Below, piece by piece: positions 32,701-46,055 of a stretch of DNA of 64,000 nt (its first letter is position 1; each line of letters begins with the position of its first letter). The notes below the pieces were generated by a model. The model was not told the origin of the DNA and did no database searches. It saw only the letters and a program-made list of their open reading frames with translations. This DNA comes from Eledone cirrhosa (taxonomy: Eukaryota): contig OZ024744.1 of assembly GCA_964016885.1 (NCBI GenBank), positions 125,612,001 through 125,676,000 of the forward strand, written 5' to 3'. A program made the translations under genes and the position numbers.

Positions 32701-34389
32701 CGAAAAACCCAGTTTTAAATCTGATTTCGCCAAAGAATTTTGGCTATCAGATCGGGTTGAAAGGTATGGTTTCAGGTCGATCTGAAAGTCTAAAATGGAA
32801 TTCACTCGGTTAGCTAACTTTTGATATATCGGAGATATCTTTCTGAAAATCACACCACACACTCCCAATGAGTGTCTGCACATGTACCAGTAATTACAGA
32901 TGGATCCCACCACGGGCGGCCGGCCCACGATCGAAAAGGTTACTCCGAAGCACACCATTCGCCAGCGGAATTCATTTAGCATGGGCAGTTTTTCTCGAAA
33001 ATCACACCACACACAGCCAATGAGTGTTCGCACATGTACCAGTAATTACAGATGGATCCCATCACGGGCGGCTGGCCCACGATCGAAAAGGTTACTCCGC
33101 CTGCAAACGGTCATTTTCGAATTCGTTTTCTTCGAAGCACACGATTCGCCGGCGGACTTCAGCTGCCTCATTTAGCATGGGCAGTTTTTCTCGAAAATCA
33201 CACCACACACAGCAAATGTGTGTCCGCACATGTACCAGTAATTACAGATCGATTCCGGTGAAAATTCACTGAAAACGGGCCATTCGGCCCTGTGCGTCGA
33301 TCGTGGGCCGGCCGGATGTTGACGGATCGATGTGTAATTAGAAGTACATGTGCGGACACTCATTGGCTGTGCGTGGTATGCATTTCAGCAAGATATCTCC
33401 GTAACATCAAGAGTTATGGCTGTGGAGGCACACCTAGTCAAACGTAAACAAGCTCTGGAGCGTATACGCTTCGCGATTTTGTTTACGTTTGACTAGGTGT
33501 GCCTCCACAGCCACAACTCTTGATGTTACGGAGATATCTTGCTGAAATGCATACCACGCACAGCCAATGAGTGTCCGCACATGTACTTCTAATTACACAT
33601 CGATCCGTCAACATCCGGCCGGCCCACGATCGACGCACAGGGCCGGATGGCCCGTTTGCAGTGAATTTTCACCGGAATCGATTTGTAATTACTGGTACAT
33701 GTGCGGACACACATTTGCTGTGTGTGGTGTGATTTTCACGAAAAACTGCCCATGCTAAATGAGGAAGCTGAAGTCCGCCGGCGAATGGTGTGCTTCGAAG
33801 AAAACTAATTCGAAAATGACCGTTTGCAGGCGGAGTAACCTTTTCGATCGTGGGCCAGCCGCCCGTGGTGGGATACATCTGTAATTACTGGTACATGTGC
33901 GGACACACATTTGCTGTGTGTGGTGTGATTTTCGAGAAAGACTGCCCATGCTAAATGAGGAAGCTGAAGTCCGCCGGCGAATGGTGTGCTTCGAAGAAAA
34001 CTAATTCGAAAATGACTATTTGCCGGCGGAATCACCTTTTCGGTCCTGGTCCGGCCGGATCTTGCCGGATCGATCGGAAATTTGTGGACCATGTTCGGAA
34101 GGCCATTGTGCATGTGTGGTGAAAAAAATTTGTGTCGAAATCTTCTCGGAAAATAACGGATCGCCGGCGGAGATTGCCATTTCGATCGTGGGCCGGCCGG
34201 ATCTTGTCGGATCGATTCGGACATATGTGCATCGTGTTCGCAAGGCCCTTGTCTATGTGTGGTGTGATTTTCATAAAGAAATTCCGAAAAACCCAGTTTT
34301 AAATCTGATTTCGCCAAAGAATTTTGGCTATCAGATCGGGTTGAAAGGTATGGTTTCAGGTCGATCTGAAAGTCTAAAATGGAATTCAC
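29779..34389. repeat. CpG-rich foldback array: ~196-bp monomers in alternating orientation, 1584-bp higher-order period, three long palindromes
   Basis: Palindrome centres at 30101, 31881 and 33465, each with a 27-bp spacer. Arms are 309 bp (first) and ~480 bp. Mirror-image ORFs appear in the track (e.g. 29808-29999 - and 30203-30394 +). Confidence 0.93.
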
Positions 34390-35695
34390 ACATTTTTAGT
34401 TATACTTTGAAGCACATTTTTTTTGTTACTATTATATTAAAAGTTATCTGGTTACGTTATTTGACTGGTATTTCTAGCATTTTACAAGGACCACGTGTGT
34501 GTTTTATTTAAGGAAGATCTAGTTGTTATTTCTGATATTTTCTTCATCAAGTTAGTTGCTATTTCCTGCATCCTCTTGAAGACAAGAAATAATAATGAAT
34601 TAGCTGCTGTTTCTAGTAGGTTCTATGGTAGTGATGAGCGTGGGAGGGAGGTTTGACTGCTATTTTTAGCAGGTTCTAAGGCATTGAGGTTTATGTTTTA
34701 CGAGAGATTTGGCTGTTATTTCTAACATGTTATAATGGAGAGAGAGAGAGAGTATAAGATATACAGAGAGAGGGAGTATAAGATATAGAGAGAGGGGGAC
34801 AACCGCCGATGTTTACGTTGAGAAAACCTAATAAAATGTTATAAATGGGTTTATAAAGAATAGAATGAGATAAACAAGACAAAGTTAGATAAAATAAATC
34901 AGCTGTAAGGATATTATACGATATATTTATAATATTTTAATATATTTTTCCTGGTCGTCTGCTGCCATTGATAGAGAGAGGAGTGGTGGGAGGTAGCCAT
35001 AACAACCGTGGTAGCAGCACTGAGGTTTGTTTTTAAAGAAGTGAATACAAGAAAAACAAGCAACTAAGAATATTAATCTCTTAAACCCTTCAAGATGTGT
35101 ATGACAAGAAAGAAGACGTTTTAGAGTCGTATGACATAGATGATAACTGGAAATTCTTACGTGACAACTTACTGCAGGCTACTGAAGAAACTTGTGGCTG
35201 GAGCAGAGCTCCGACCAGACAGAGAGTGACCTGGTGGTGGGACAACACGGTAGATAAGGCCATTAGAGACAAAAGACTAGCATGGAACACTTGAAAAAAT
35301 GGTGGGAGTAGAGACCGATACACAGCTGCTAAGAGAGAAGCTAGACGTCAGATGTACTTAGCACGCACGGAGGCTGAGAGTAGGAGGTTTGCCAATGTTC
35401 TGTGATGGGAAGATCAGAGGCGTGCGGTGTTCCACATTGCAAGGCATGGTGTCAGTGTAAATCAGGATGTTGTTGGAGATAAGTGTATCCGGAATGATGC
35501 CAGTGTACTTGGTGTCACGAATGATCAAAAAAAGGAGGCCTGGAAATATCATTATGAGAGGCTGATGAATTGTGGAGAATGAATGGGAGAGAGGGAAACT
35601 ATCCCCAGTAGACTCAACAGAGGGACCAGCTATTGAGATTGGGGAATATAGGGTACAAGAGGCAATTAAGGAAATGAAGAATGGCAAGGCTACAT

Positions 35696-35924
35696 TTAAC
35701 CCTTTAGCATTTAAACCAGCCATACCTAGCCAGAATACTCTCACATCTTTCTGTTCAAACCAGCCATAACTGGCCACTCATACTGACGTTAAGGTATTGT
35801 TCTCAATATAAATAATATCAAAATCTCATAGATTCGATATTATATGAGATAATTATGTAAGATAAAGCCTTTACCACAAAAATACAATAGTATATATAGA
35901 GTAATAAAAATGCTAAAGGGTAAA
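35696..35924. mobile_element. piggyBac-type MITE, copy 2
   Basis: Same TIRs as 1902-2130. Confidence 0.8.
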
Positions 35925-38900
35925 AGTAGCTTATTATTTTGTGAGCTCTTGCTACTTATTGCTCTTGTGCATCAAGAACATACACAGCTTACATTTTGTT
36001 GCTAATCTCACTGAGATCCAACTACATCTCTTGTTTATCCATAGTTTGGAATTTCTACCTACTCCTTTCCTTTAGAATGATCAAGGCCATTTTCTTGTGG
36101 GGATCTAGGCCCTGTTTTCCTTTCTATTTTGCCAAGTTATCTTACATCACTTTCATTCTAGACCATGCTTCCAGGTTTGGAATTTCTCCTCTAATTTTAC
36201 CACAGATTAAGTGACAAGGGTTCAATCATGTGCATACAGGAGTTCCCATGGACAGCCAGTAATATGTAATAGCCTGCAGGATGATAATAAACAGAAGAGG
36301 GTTAATTACAGAGCCCTGATAGAGGGTTAATAACAGAGCCCTGATAGACTTGTTCACTCAACTCCTCACTATAGCCATCATTACTTTTAACCTTACTGAC
36401 TGCTCCTCCATACATGGCTTTTACTGCTCTCACAAGCCACTCATATACCCCTAGTTTTCTAAGTTATACACCAGATTAGGGAAGGGGGAAGTCTCACAGA
36501 AGCTCTCTCTGGGTCAACAAATGCCAAGTAGAGGGGCTTATTTTAGCTAGGTACTACTCTTGCAGTTGCCACACAAGGAAGAGGACATCAGTGGTACTTT
36601 TACCTGGCACAAATCCAAACTTCATCTCATCTAGGTTAACTTGGTCCCTAATCAGCTGTGTTATAAATCTAACACCTTCATGAAGTGGTCCATCTAATAT
36701 CTCTATAGTTTTCTAGCTCTAGTACATCTCCTTTGCCCTTGTAGCAGTTGATGATGATGATACTACACCATTTATTTGGTATGACACCATTTTGTATTAC
36801 ATGCTGTACGATACCAGTGGTTAAGATGTGACCCACCATCCCAGATACTTTCAGTATCTCAGCAACTATCACCAATGGACAAGATACTTTCTCTGTCTTC
36901 ATATCCTTAATTACCTTACTGCTTACTTGTATGGCTGGACCCTCTGTTGGGCCCACTTTCCGTAGACTATCTTCCTCCCATGCATTCTCCTCATTCAGTA
37001 ATCTTTCATAAAGGCATTTCCATGTTACAAAGGTTGGCTGAAAAGTTCATAGACTATCAATGATAGCATGATGCTAGAGCTGTGAAATCTTGCCTGCATT
37101 AATTTCAACTCTTCTTATTAATAACTGCATTGTTTCCTTCCAGGGACTATGTTGAAAAATAAACCTCATTTGGTCATTCCATGAGTGTATCTTGGTCTGC
37201 CTATGAACTTTTCAGCTGACCCTATTCAGCATCAGTGAGCCCAAATGCCCCATTATCATCCTGGACACACTTTACCCCAACATCACAATTTGCCCTCACA
37301 CACTGCCTCACAATCCTGAACATCTCATGTATTTCATCCTCACATCATAAAACCAACTGAAATTATATATTCTCTGCTTCCCTCCTTGCAAAGAATACTT
37401 CTTGCCTAGCTTCCTGTAGTGTACCCTCCAGCTGCCTCCATTCTGCCATTATTCCATGCCTGTCTCTTGGCCTTAACTGTCTCATCTACCCTAGTGTTTC
37501 ACCACCAAGATACTCTCCTCTCTGAAGCCCTGCTCCAGCCACAGATCTAGTTTGACACCTTCAGCAAAGGTTCTTTAAGGAACTCCCACTGTTCCCCTAT
37601 ATTGTATGTTTCTATTTGTTCTTCCTTACTGTTGTAAAGATCAAACAAAATATCTCTAAATTTGGAACTGGCTGAGGGGTCCTTTAACTTCCATATCCTT
37701 CTCCTCCAAGTTGCCCTCAGTCTTCAAGTTCATCTAAGTCTATGAAATCACTAACTACTGGGTTATGTTGGGAGGTGCATTCTTCCCCAGGGGGTGGGGA
37801 TTGTGTGTTTACAAATGTCAATATCTCATCTTCTGGTGAGGATAAAAATCTGACTGGCATGCTCCTCTGACCAATAGGTGTTGAAGTGGTTGTCGGGTAA
37901 ACGTTAAGACCCTCTGATATACATATATATATATATACTAGCAGTGGTACCCGGCGTTGCACGGGATAACGTATTTCGGAACGCGGGCCGCCATCTTCCA
38001 CTTCAGCCGGTCGCCCTAAAGTGTTGGCTATTCAGTCTACTTGAGGCCAGTTGGTGAGGGGGGGTAAAGCTTTCAGTGTGCTACTACCCTCACGGTCAAA
38101 TAGAAAGGGAGAGGAAGAAAAGTCAGCGTTAATATCGTGCTACACGTTTGAAAGGTTGGATGACCTTAGAGTTCACCAGGGTGGGGGGTTCTAAAAGTAT
38201 CTATCTTGGTATTTTATCTTAGAAGTAATCATTACAGAGTGTACTGGGTGTATTTTAGTGGGCAGTAATTCCATAAAGAACACAGTATAATCTGTGGACA
38301 CAAGCCTTGCAGTGTGATTACAGGCAGGTTAATGGGAAAGATAGATTATATATGTGACATGATGTACATGAGAAGTGAGGACACAGACCACACATGAAAT
38401 AGATTCCTACAACTGTCAGGGAGGCTCCCTAGAATTACAGATGACATATTTCAATATCTCGGTGATCAAGTTAGCAGTGGAGGAAGAATCTCTAAAAGTG
38501 TAATACCCAGGATAAGGACAGGCTGGAAGAAGTTTAGAGTACTGTTCCATCTGTTGACAACAAAGGGCTTCTCTCTCAGAATGGAGGCTAGACTGCTTGA
38601 TACTTATGTGTGGTCTGCAATCTACACCCCAGCCATGCCCCTTCCACTACCACTCCTTAGCTATTTCTCTCCATTAATACTCCTCACATTTCAAGCAGTT
38701 TTCTCATCTCAATGAAAGAAAAATATTGGGCTCAAGAGAAGTCTTCAGTTATGCCATGGTGTGGCAACCTCCCTAGGGTTGGGCAGAGTGTAAATGAGAG
38801 TGAAATTAGGTATGAGAGGGATCATATGCAGTATACAAGAGAGTAGATTACATTGGTATGGTCATGTGATGGGTATAAAGGATGACAGCTGTATAAAAAT

Positions 38901-39161
38901 GTGCTGGGCAATCAAAGTTGATGGAAGTTATGAAGGCGGAAGACCCAGGATGACCTGGGATGAGGTGATAAAAGATGACTTTGCACAATTGCAACTCTCA
39001 AAGACAATGACACAGGATAGAGATCTTGAGATGTATGCAGCAATACAGAAGGCCTGCTTTCCAATGTGCACGGACTCAAACATACATCTAGTAGGCCCCT
39101 CCTAACCACTATACTCCTTTCCAAACTCCCACACTCCCACTTCTGTACACACCACCTTTAG

Positions 39162-39869
39162 ACTGTAAAGTGGTAGTGTACAAGTCACAACAAAAGCACC
39201 CAGTCCACTCTGTAAAGTTGATGTGTTGGTGTCATAACAAAAGGCACTCAGTCCACTCTGTAAAGAGGTTGTGTAAGTGTCACAACAAAGACATCTAGTC
39301 CACACTGTAAAGTGGTCATGTAGGTGTCACAACAAAAAGTACCAGTCATTATTGTAAAGTGGTTGTATAGGTGTCATAACAAAAAGCACCCAGTCGACAC
39401 TGTAAAGTGGTTGTGTAGGTGTCAGAACCAAAAGCACCCAGTCCACACTGTAAAGTGGTTGTGTAGGTGTCATGACAAAAAGCACCTAGTCCACACTGTA
39501 AAGTGGTCATGCAGGTGTCATGACAAAAAGCACCCAGTCCTCACTGTAAAGTGGTCATGTAGGTGTCATGTCAAAAAGCACCCAGTCCACCCTGTAAAGT
39601 GGTTGTGTAGGTGTCATGATAAAAAGCACCCAGTCCACACAGTAAAGTGGTCATGTAGGTGTCACTAAAAAAGCACCCAGTCTACTCTGTAAAGTGGTCA
39701 TGTAGGTGTCATGACAAATAGCACCCAGTCCACCCTGTAAAGTGTTCATGTAGGTGTCATGATGGAGAGTAACCAGTCCACAATGTAAAGTAGCCATGTA
39801 GCTGTCACAACAAAGCACCCAGTCCACACTGTAAAGTGGTCATGTAGGTGTCATTTCAAAAAGCACCCA
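39162..39869. repeat. 48-bp minisatellite, copy 2 (3 extra units)
   Basis: The overlapping ORF is 144 nt longer than in copy 1. Confidence 0.92.
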
Positions 39870-40100
39870 GGTCCATGGCTTGGCCTGCTAACCGACGCTA
39901 TACCCAAGTCGGTCGCCATGCTTTCCAGCATAGAGTTACGTCTCTTTATGGTCTGAGTTCAAATCACGCCGAGGTTAACTTTGCCTTTCATCCTTACGGG
40001 GTCGATAAAATAAAGCACCAGTAATGTACTGGGGTCGATTTAATCGACTTTCCCCTCCTCTGCCAAATGACACACACATGCATGGTTCGGGGGAACCTAC

Positions 40101-40146
<46 letters not shown>

Positions 40147-41025
40147 GTAGGTCCCTGGTTGAGTCGGTATTAACCACAGTAACTAAGGTACTCAATACAT
40201 ATTAGATATAGGTGTCTTTCTAATTGCTGGCCTTGTTCATAAGGTATACACAAGTATGATGTGTGTCTGTTTAACTGTACGTGTGAAAACATCGCGAAAT
40301 TGCGCCTTTTAATATTTGAATATAAACAGTTAAAAAATTATTATTTTAGTAATTTTTAAATATCGATAATGTGTATATAAATATTAGAAATCAATTTAAT
40401 TAGTTCAGTAACATTACTCGGAGTTAAGATAAACCTTCATTTGAAGAAATTCGAGATTTGACCAAATAAATAGATTATGTGATCAATAAAAAAAATATGT
40501 ATACGCGCTTGAACGACGGGTTGCAGACAGTCAGGCATACAGACACATATTTTAAAGCGTGCGACTTTAAAAGTCTTACTCTCTCTCTTTTTAGATAGAT
40601 AGACTTAATTAAAGCAGTTTCACTCTCTCTATATTTCATCAGCTCTCTCTCTCTTAAATTGAAAGATTCATTAAGGCTGAAATAATCTAAACAGTAACAT
40701 CATTTTTCGCCAGCTCTAGCTTGCGTCCAGAGATATACACACACATATATATATATTTTTTTTGTTATCGAGTTGAGCTTTGCCAAGCATAGAATTCCAA
40801 ATTTGACCATCTCCACTGAAAATGTTCGTGAAATAGTCTTTAAGAAGCAATTTAATTTTTTCCAACTGAAACTGTAAGTATTTTAAAATTTATTTCAACA
40901 TGGTCTTAAAAGATTGTTGGCTTTTTTTAAATTCATAACTATTTACTATGAAATATAAATTATTAAATCCAATTTATTTGATAACCATGATTTGATTTTA
41001 TAATTACCTGAATCACGTTAACATG

Positions 41026-41068
<43 letters not shown>

Positions 41069-41321
41069 GTGTGTGTATATATATATATATATAATAATTG
41101 TTTCTACGTTACGCAGTGTATTACTGGTACTGTATTTTACGATATTAAATATTAAATATTAACTATTAGATATTAAATATTAAATATTAGATATTAGATA
41201 TTAAATATTAAATATGATATCCCTGAAATATATATAATGAAATAAATATGGTTTTATAAATGTAATTTCCATTTGTTTAATATCAAATATATATATATAT
41301 ATATATATGTATTTATGTATA

Positions 41322-41369
<48 letters not shown>

Positions 41370-41596
41370 GCAGACACAGACACAGAATATCGTATATATC
41401 ACACACACACAATTAAGACTTGACGTGTTGCAGACAGCCAGACATACAGAGAGATATTTTAAAGCGTGCGACCTTAAATTTCTTACTCTTTCTCTTATCA
41501 AAAGAGAAAGAGTAATGCTAACACTTACGTCTACTTCACGCTCTCTTGAACCGTTACAGAAATTGCATCACATCTAATTATAACTTTGTACGTTTG

Positions 41597-41633
<37 letters not shown>

Positions 41634-41663
41634 GTGTGTGTGTATATATATATATATATACAC

Positions 41664-41702
<39 letters not shown>

Positions 41703-41736
41703 CGTGTGTGTGTGTATATATATACACACACACGTG

Positions 41737-41798
<62 letters not shown>

Positions 41799-41849
41799 AA
41801 TACACACACACGTGTGTGTGTATATATATATATATATACACACACACAC

Positions 41850-41932
<83 letters not shown>

Positions 41933-42057
41933 CACACACACGTGTGTGTGTATATATATATATACACACACACACGTGTGTGTGTATATATTTATATATA
42001 TATATATACACACGTGTGTGTGTATTTATATATATATATATATATATACACACGTGA

Positions 42058-42088
<31 letters not shown>

Positions 42089-42183
42089 CACGTGTGTGTG
42101 TGTATATATATATATATACACACACACGTGTGTATATATATATATATACATATATATATATACACACACACGTGTGTGTGTAT

Positions 42184-45100
42184 ATAATAATAATAATAAT
42201 AATGAAATGATTGTGTACAGTGCTCAGGTGCACTACAACTCATCAAAGGTGCATGTATAGTACATAGAATAATGTACAAACATCAGTAAAATGAACAGTG
42301 CACACATGTGTGCATGTGTATGGAAGGGGCACATCAGGTGTAGTTTTGGCGTATTTCGGGAAGCATGAGTGTCTTAAAGGATGCAGTGTCTCGGCAGCTA
42401 ACAATTGACGCAGGCAGTTTGTTCCATGTTTCAGCAACTCTGAGCGTGAAAAAATGTCTGCGAAAGTCATGGGAGCTGTGCTGTTTTCTTATCTTGTAGG
42501 CATGTCCACGTGTGTTAGACACATGGAGATCAAAGAGGCGCTCAGGGTTGCAGTTGGCGAGATGGTTAAAAACTTTGTGGGTATTCACCAAGTCCACTGC
42601 CAGATGTCGGAGCTTCAATGAATCCATGCCCAGGGAAGCAAGGCGTTCAGAGTATGGTAGGTGTCTGATGGAGGGTATGCGCTTGGTTGCACGTCTCTGA
42701 ACAGCTTCCAGGAGGTCAATGTTCCGAGCAAGATAGGGGTTCCAGACTGATGATGCGAATTCCAAGTGTGGTCGCACCATAGCTGTATACAGTTTTAAAT
42801 AGATGGCTGGAGAGCGGCTAACAAAGGTCTTGCTGAGTGATGCCAAGACACCCTCGGCCTTCTTGACAATCTTAGAGACATGCTTTGTCCAACGCAAATC
42901 GTTGCCGACAGTAATGCCCAGGTCACGTTCACAAGAGGACTTTTTGATGTCAGTGTTGTGGAGGGAGTATGTGGACGCTGGATTTTTCCTTCCAAAATGC
43001 ATGGTGGTACACTTGTCCACAGCCAGCTTCAGTTGCCAGTCTGTGATCCATTGCTGCATTGTGTCTAGGTCTGATTTTAGGAAAGAGTTGTAAATTTCAG
43101 GATCAGTCCTTTTGATTTCAAGGTACAGCTTGATGTCATCTGCATATTTTAGTACCGTGGCATTCTGTAAGTTGGCATCTATGTCATTAATATATGCCAC
43201 AAACAAAAGAGGACCAAGAACAGATCCCTGTGGTACACCAGATGACATCTCATATGGTGAAGAATGCTGTCCTAGAACCGTGACTACTTTCCTTCGGCTG
43301 AGAATGAAGGATTTCAGCCAGTCGAAAAGATCATCCCTCACACCCATTGCAGAGAGTTTTGCCATAAGTCTTTTGTGTGGCACAGAATTAAAAGCCTTAG
43401 CAAAGTCAAGGTAAACAACATCCACCCATGAGCCGCTGTCAGTGATCCGGGTGATGTCCTCAAGGAACTCGATAAGCTGATCACAGCAGCTGGAGTTAGG
43501 GATAAATCCAAACTGTGAGGGCCGGATGAGGCTGTGAGAGCTCCAGAAGTTCCAAAGTGTTTCTCTGACACAGGATTCCATCAGTTTGGCCATACAGCTA
43601 GTAAGACTGACTGGACGATAGTTGACAGGTGACATGCGGTTGCCCTTTTTGAACAGGGGAATGACACTGGCAGTTTTCCACTGCTCCGGAGTAGCACCAT
43701 TGCTGAGACAGTATTGAAAGAAAAAAGAAAGCTGGCGCAAAAGGAAATCCCCGCCACGTTTGAGAAGCAGGTATGTCACACCATCAAGACCAGGGGAGGC
43801 ATAGTTGCGCTTATTCTTAAGGTGACGTCGCAACATTGCAGGTGTAAATTCCATAGTTGTTATGGAATTTGATGTTAGAGATGGTGGAGATGGTACATTC
43901 TGGTTTTCAACAGTAAAAATACTTGCATAGCACTCAGCAATGAGTTCTGCGCATTCCTTGGGATCGTCAGTGATCTGGCTTGTGTGGGGATTGCGAAGAG
44001 GACCAACTGGAGAGTGAGGTCTCTGCTTTGAATGAACATATTTCCAGAACACCTTACTGTCAGGATTGGTTGCGATGCACTGTTCAAATTCAAGCACTGC
44101 CTTCTTTGTCACTTGCTTGAGATGGTTAGAAGATTTATTCCGCTTTTTTCTGTTGGCATCTGATCTATGCAGTTTATATTCCCGTTCAGCGTTCCGACGT
44201 TCTTTCCTGGCAAGTCGGACTGCTGAAGTTTCCCAGATTGCACTTTTGGGGTGGTTATTTTTCCGCTTCCGTGGCACTGATGCTGCACACGCTATCCATA
44301 TTGAGTCCAGGATGCTCTGGAGTATAGAGTTCACATCTCCAGAGTTATACATCTCATGCCAGTTTGGGCGCTGTAGCTCAGTGCAGTACAAGTTCCAATC
44401 CGCCCTCTTCCAATCAAAGCAAGCAGATTGGAGATGGCTCTGGTTTTTGTTGCTGCCCTCAAGTGCCAGATTGGCAATGATCATAGCATGATCAGAGTCG
44501 CCTAGAGGTTCCTCAGTAGTACAACTGATAACCACTTCAGGAGTAGTGGTGAAGATCAGGTCCAAAGTGTTGTCACCTCTTGTTGGAGAGGTGACTACTT
44601 GTGACCAGTTTGAGTCCAGCACTAGTTCAAGGAAATCGTTTGCACCCTGTGGCCAACGAAAGGTTTCCCAATCGATCTCAGGATGATTGAAGTCACCTGC
44701 AATAAACACATAAGTGGCTGTTTTCTTGGCAGCAACTCTGAGGATATCGCAAAGCTGTGTGTCCTGATGGTAGTTTGGGGGGCGATAAACAACACCAAGC
44801 AGAAGTGTTGACATGGTCATACGTATGTCACAGAAAAAAACTTCTTCCTGTGATTCGTTCAAATCAACGCAAGGAATTACCGAAAAGTTTGAACGAACGT
44901 AGACCATCACACCACCACCACGGCGGTTAATGCGGTCCTTGCGGAAAAGGTTGTACCCAGTAATGGTGAAAACCCCATCACAGAGTAAGGAATGTGCCCA
45001 TGTTTCCGTGACTGTGATGAAGTCAGGGTCGATGCTTCTGACGTAGGATTCGAACAGATGTATCTTGTTGCATAAACTGCGAGCATTTAAGGACAACAAT

Positions 45101-45309
45101 TTGTACCCTGCTCGCAGTCTATGATGGTGTGTAGAGGGTGGCAGGTTGTTCTGGTTTAGTTTCCCAGAGTTGTAGCAGTTTTTACATTGCCAGTTATTGT
45201 GGGTAGATCACACTCAGACCAGCTGGTATCTCTCTTCCACGTTTCACCCGCCTTGACAAACCTCCAGATCTGCCCATCATCACGCAGACTGAAACTTTCA
45301 TCTTGTGCT
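42184..45309 (-). mobile_element. CR1-group LINE, copy 2
   Basis: Same structure as 8268-11393 (offset 33916). Confidence 0.92.
42334..45099 (-). CDS. LINE ORF2 endonuclease + reverse transcriptase, copy 2
   Basis: Translation in the ORF track is identical to copy 1. Confidence 0.95.
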   Translation of the reverse strand: MLSLNARSLCNKIHLFESYVRSIDPDFITVTETWAHSLLCDGVFTITGYNLFRKDRINRRGGGVMVYVRSNFSVIPCVDLNESQEEVFFCDIRMTMSTLLLGVVYRPPNYHQDTQLCDILRVAAKKTATYVFIAGDFNHPEIDWETFRWPQGANDFLELVLDSNWSQVVTSPTRGDNTLDLIFTTTPEVVISCTTEEPLGDSDHAMIIANLALEGSNKNQSHLQSACFDWKRADWNLYCTELQRPNWHEMYNSGDVNSILQSILDSIWIACAASVPRKRKNNHPKSAIWETSAVRLARKERRNAEREYKLHRSDANRKKRNKSSNHLKQVTKKAVLEFEQCIATNPDSKVFWKYVHSKQRPHSPVGPLRNPHTSQITDDPKECAELIAECYASIFTVENQNVPSPPSLTSNSITTMEFTPAMLRRHLKNKRNYASPGLDGVTYLLLKRGGDFLLRQLSFFFQYCLSNGATPEQWKTASVIPLFKKGNRMSPVNYRPVSLTSCMAKLMESCVRETLWNFWSSHSLIRPSQFGFIPNSSCCDQLIEFLEDITRITDSGSWVDVVYLDFAKAFNSVPHKRLMAKLSAMGVRDDLFDWLKSFILSRRKVVTVLGQHSSPYEMSSGVPQGSVLGPLLFVAYINDIDANLQNATVLKYADDIKLYLEIKRTDPEIYNSFLKSDLDTMQQWITDWQLKLAVDKCTTMHFGRKNPASTYSLHNTDIKKSSCERDLGITVGNDLRWTKHVSKIVKKAEGVLASLSKTFVSRSPAIYLKLYTAMVRPHLEFASSVWNPYLARNIDLLEAVQRRATKRIPSIRHLPYSERLASLGMDSLKLRHLAVDLVNTHKVFNHLANCNPERLFDLHVSNTRGHAYKIRKQHSSHDFRRHFFTLRVAETWNKLPASIVSCRDTASFKTLMLPEIRQNYT

Positions 45310-45373
45310 GTATATATATATATATACACACGTGTGTGTGTATTTATGTATATATATATATATACACACACAC

Positions 45374-45415
<42 letters not shown>

Positions 45416-45530
45416 GTGTGTGTGTGTATATATATTTATATATATATACACACACGTGTGTGTATATATATATATATATATACACGTGTGTGTGTATTTA
45501 TATATATATATATATACACACACACGTGTG

Positions 45531-45561
<31 letters not shown>

Positions 45562-45950
45562 GTGTGTGTATATATATATATCTGTCTCTCTCCCTGTCTC
45601 TCACTCTCCCTCTATCCCCCCTCTCTCTCTCTGTCTCTCTCTCCCCCCCCCTCTCTCTCTCTAGTAGTAGAGAGAGACAAAGAGAGAGAGATATAAACGT
45701 ATAACCCTAACCAAACCCTAACCCAACCCTAACCCCAACCCTAACCCTAACCTAACCCTAACCCATCTCTCTCTCTCTCTCACCCCCTCTCTCTCTCTCT
45801 AGTAGTAGAGAGAGAGACAAAGAGAGAGAGAGATATAAACGTATAACCCTAACCCAACCCTAACCTCTCTCTCTCTTCTCTCTCTCTCTCTCCCCTCTCT
45901 CTCTCTATTCCCCCCTCTCTATTTCCCCCCCCCCCTCTCTCTCTAGTAGT

Positions 45951-45981
<31 letters not shown>

Positions 45982-46018
45982 TATAAACGTCTAACCCTAA
46001 CCCAACCCCAACCCTAAC

Positions 46019-46055
<37 letters not shown>

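Larger units (their letters stand above)
599..34390 (+). repeat. ~33.8-kb tandem segmental repeat, copy 1
   Basis: CATTTTTAGTTATACTTTGAAGCAC at 599 recurs at 34391. The ORF track repeats with offsets of 33794, 33772 and 33916, falling to ~32120 after the rDNA-derived array because of copy-number differences. Confidence 0.97.

Noticed and set aside
29808-34511. Mirror-image ORFs in the foldback array as a transposase or Rep protein
   Set aside because: No DDE, HUH or other recognisable motif; they follow from the repeat symmetry.
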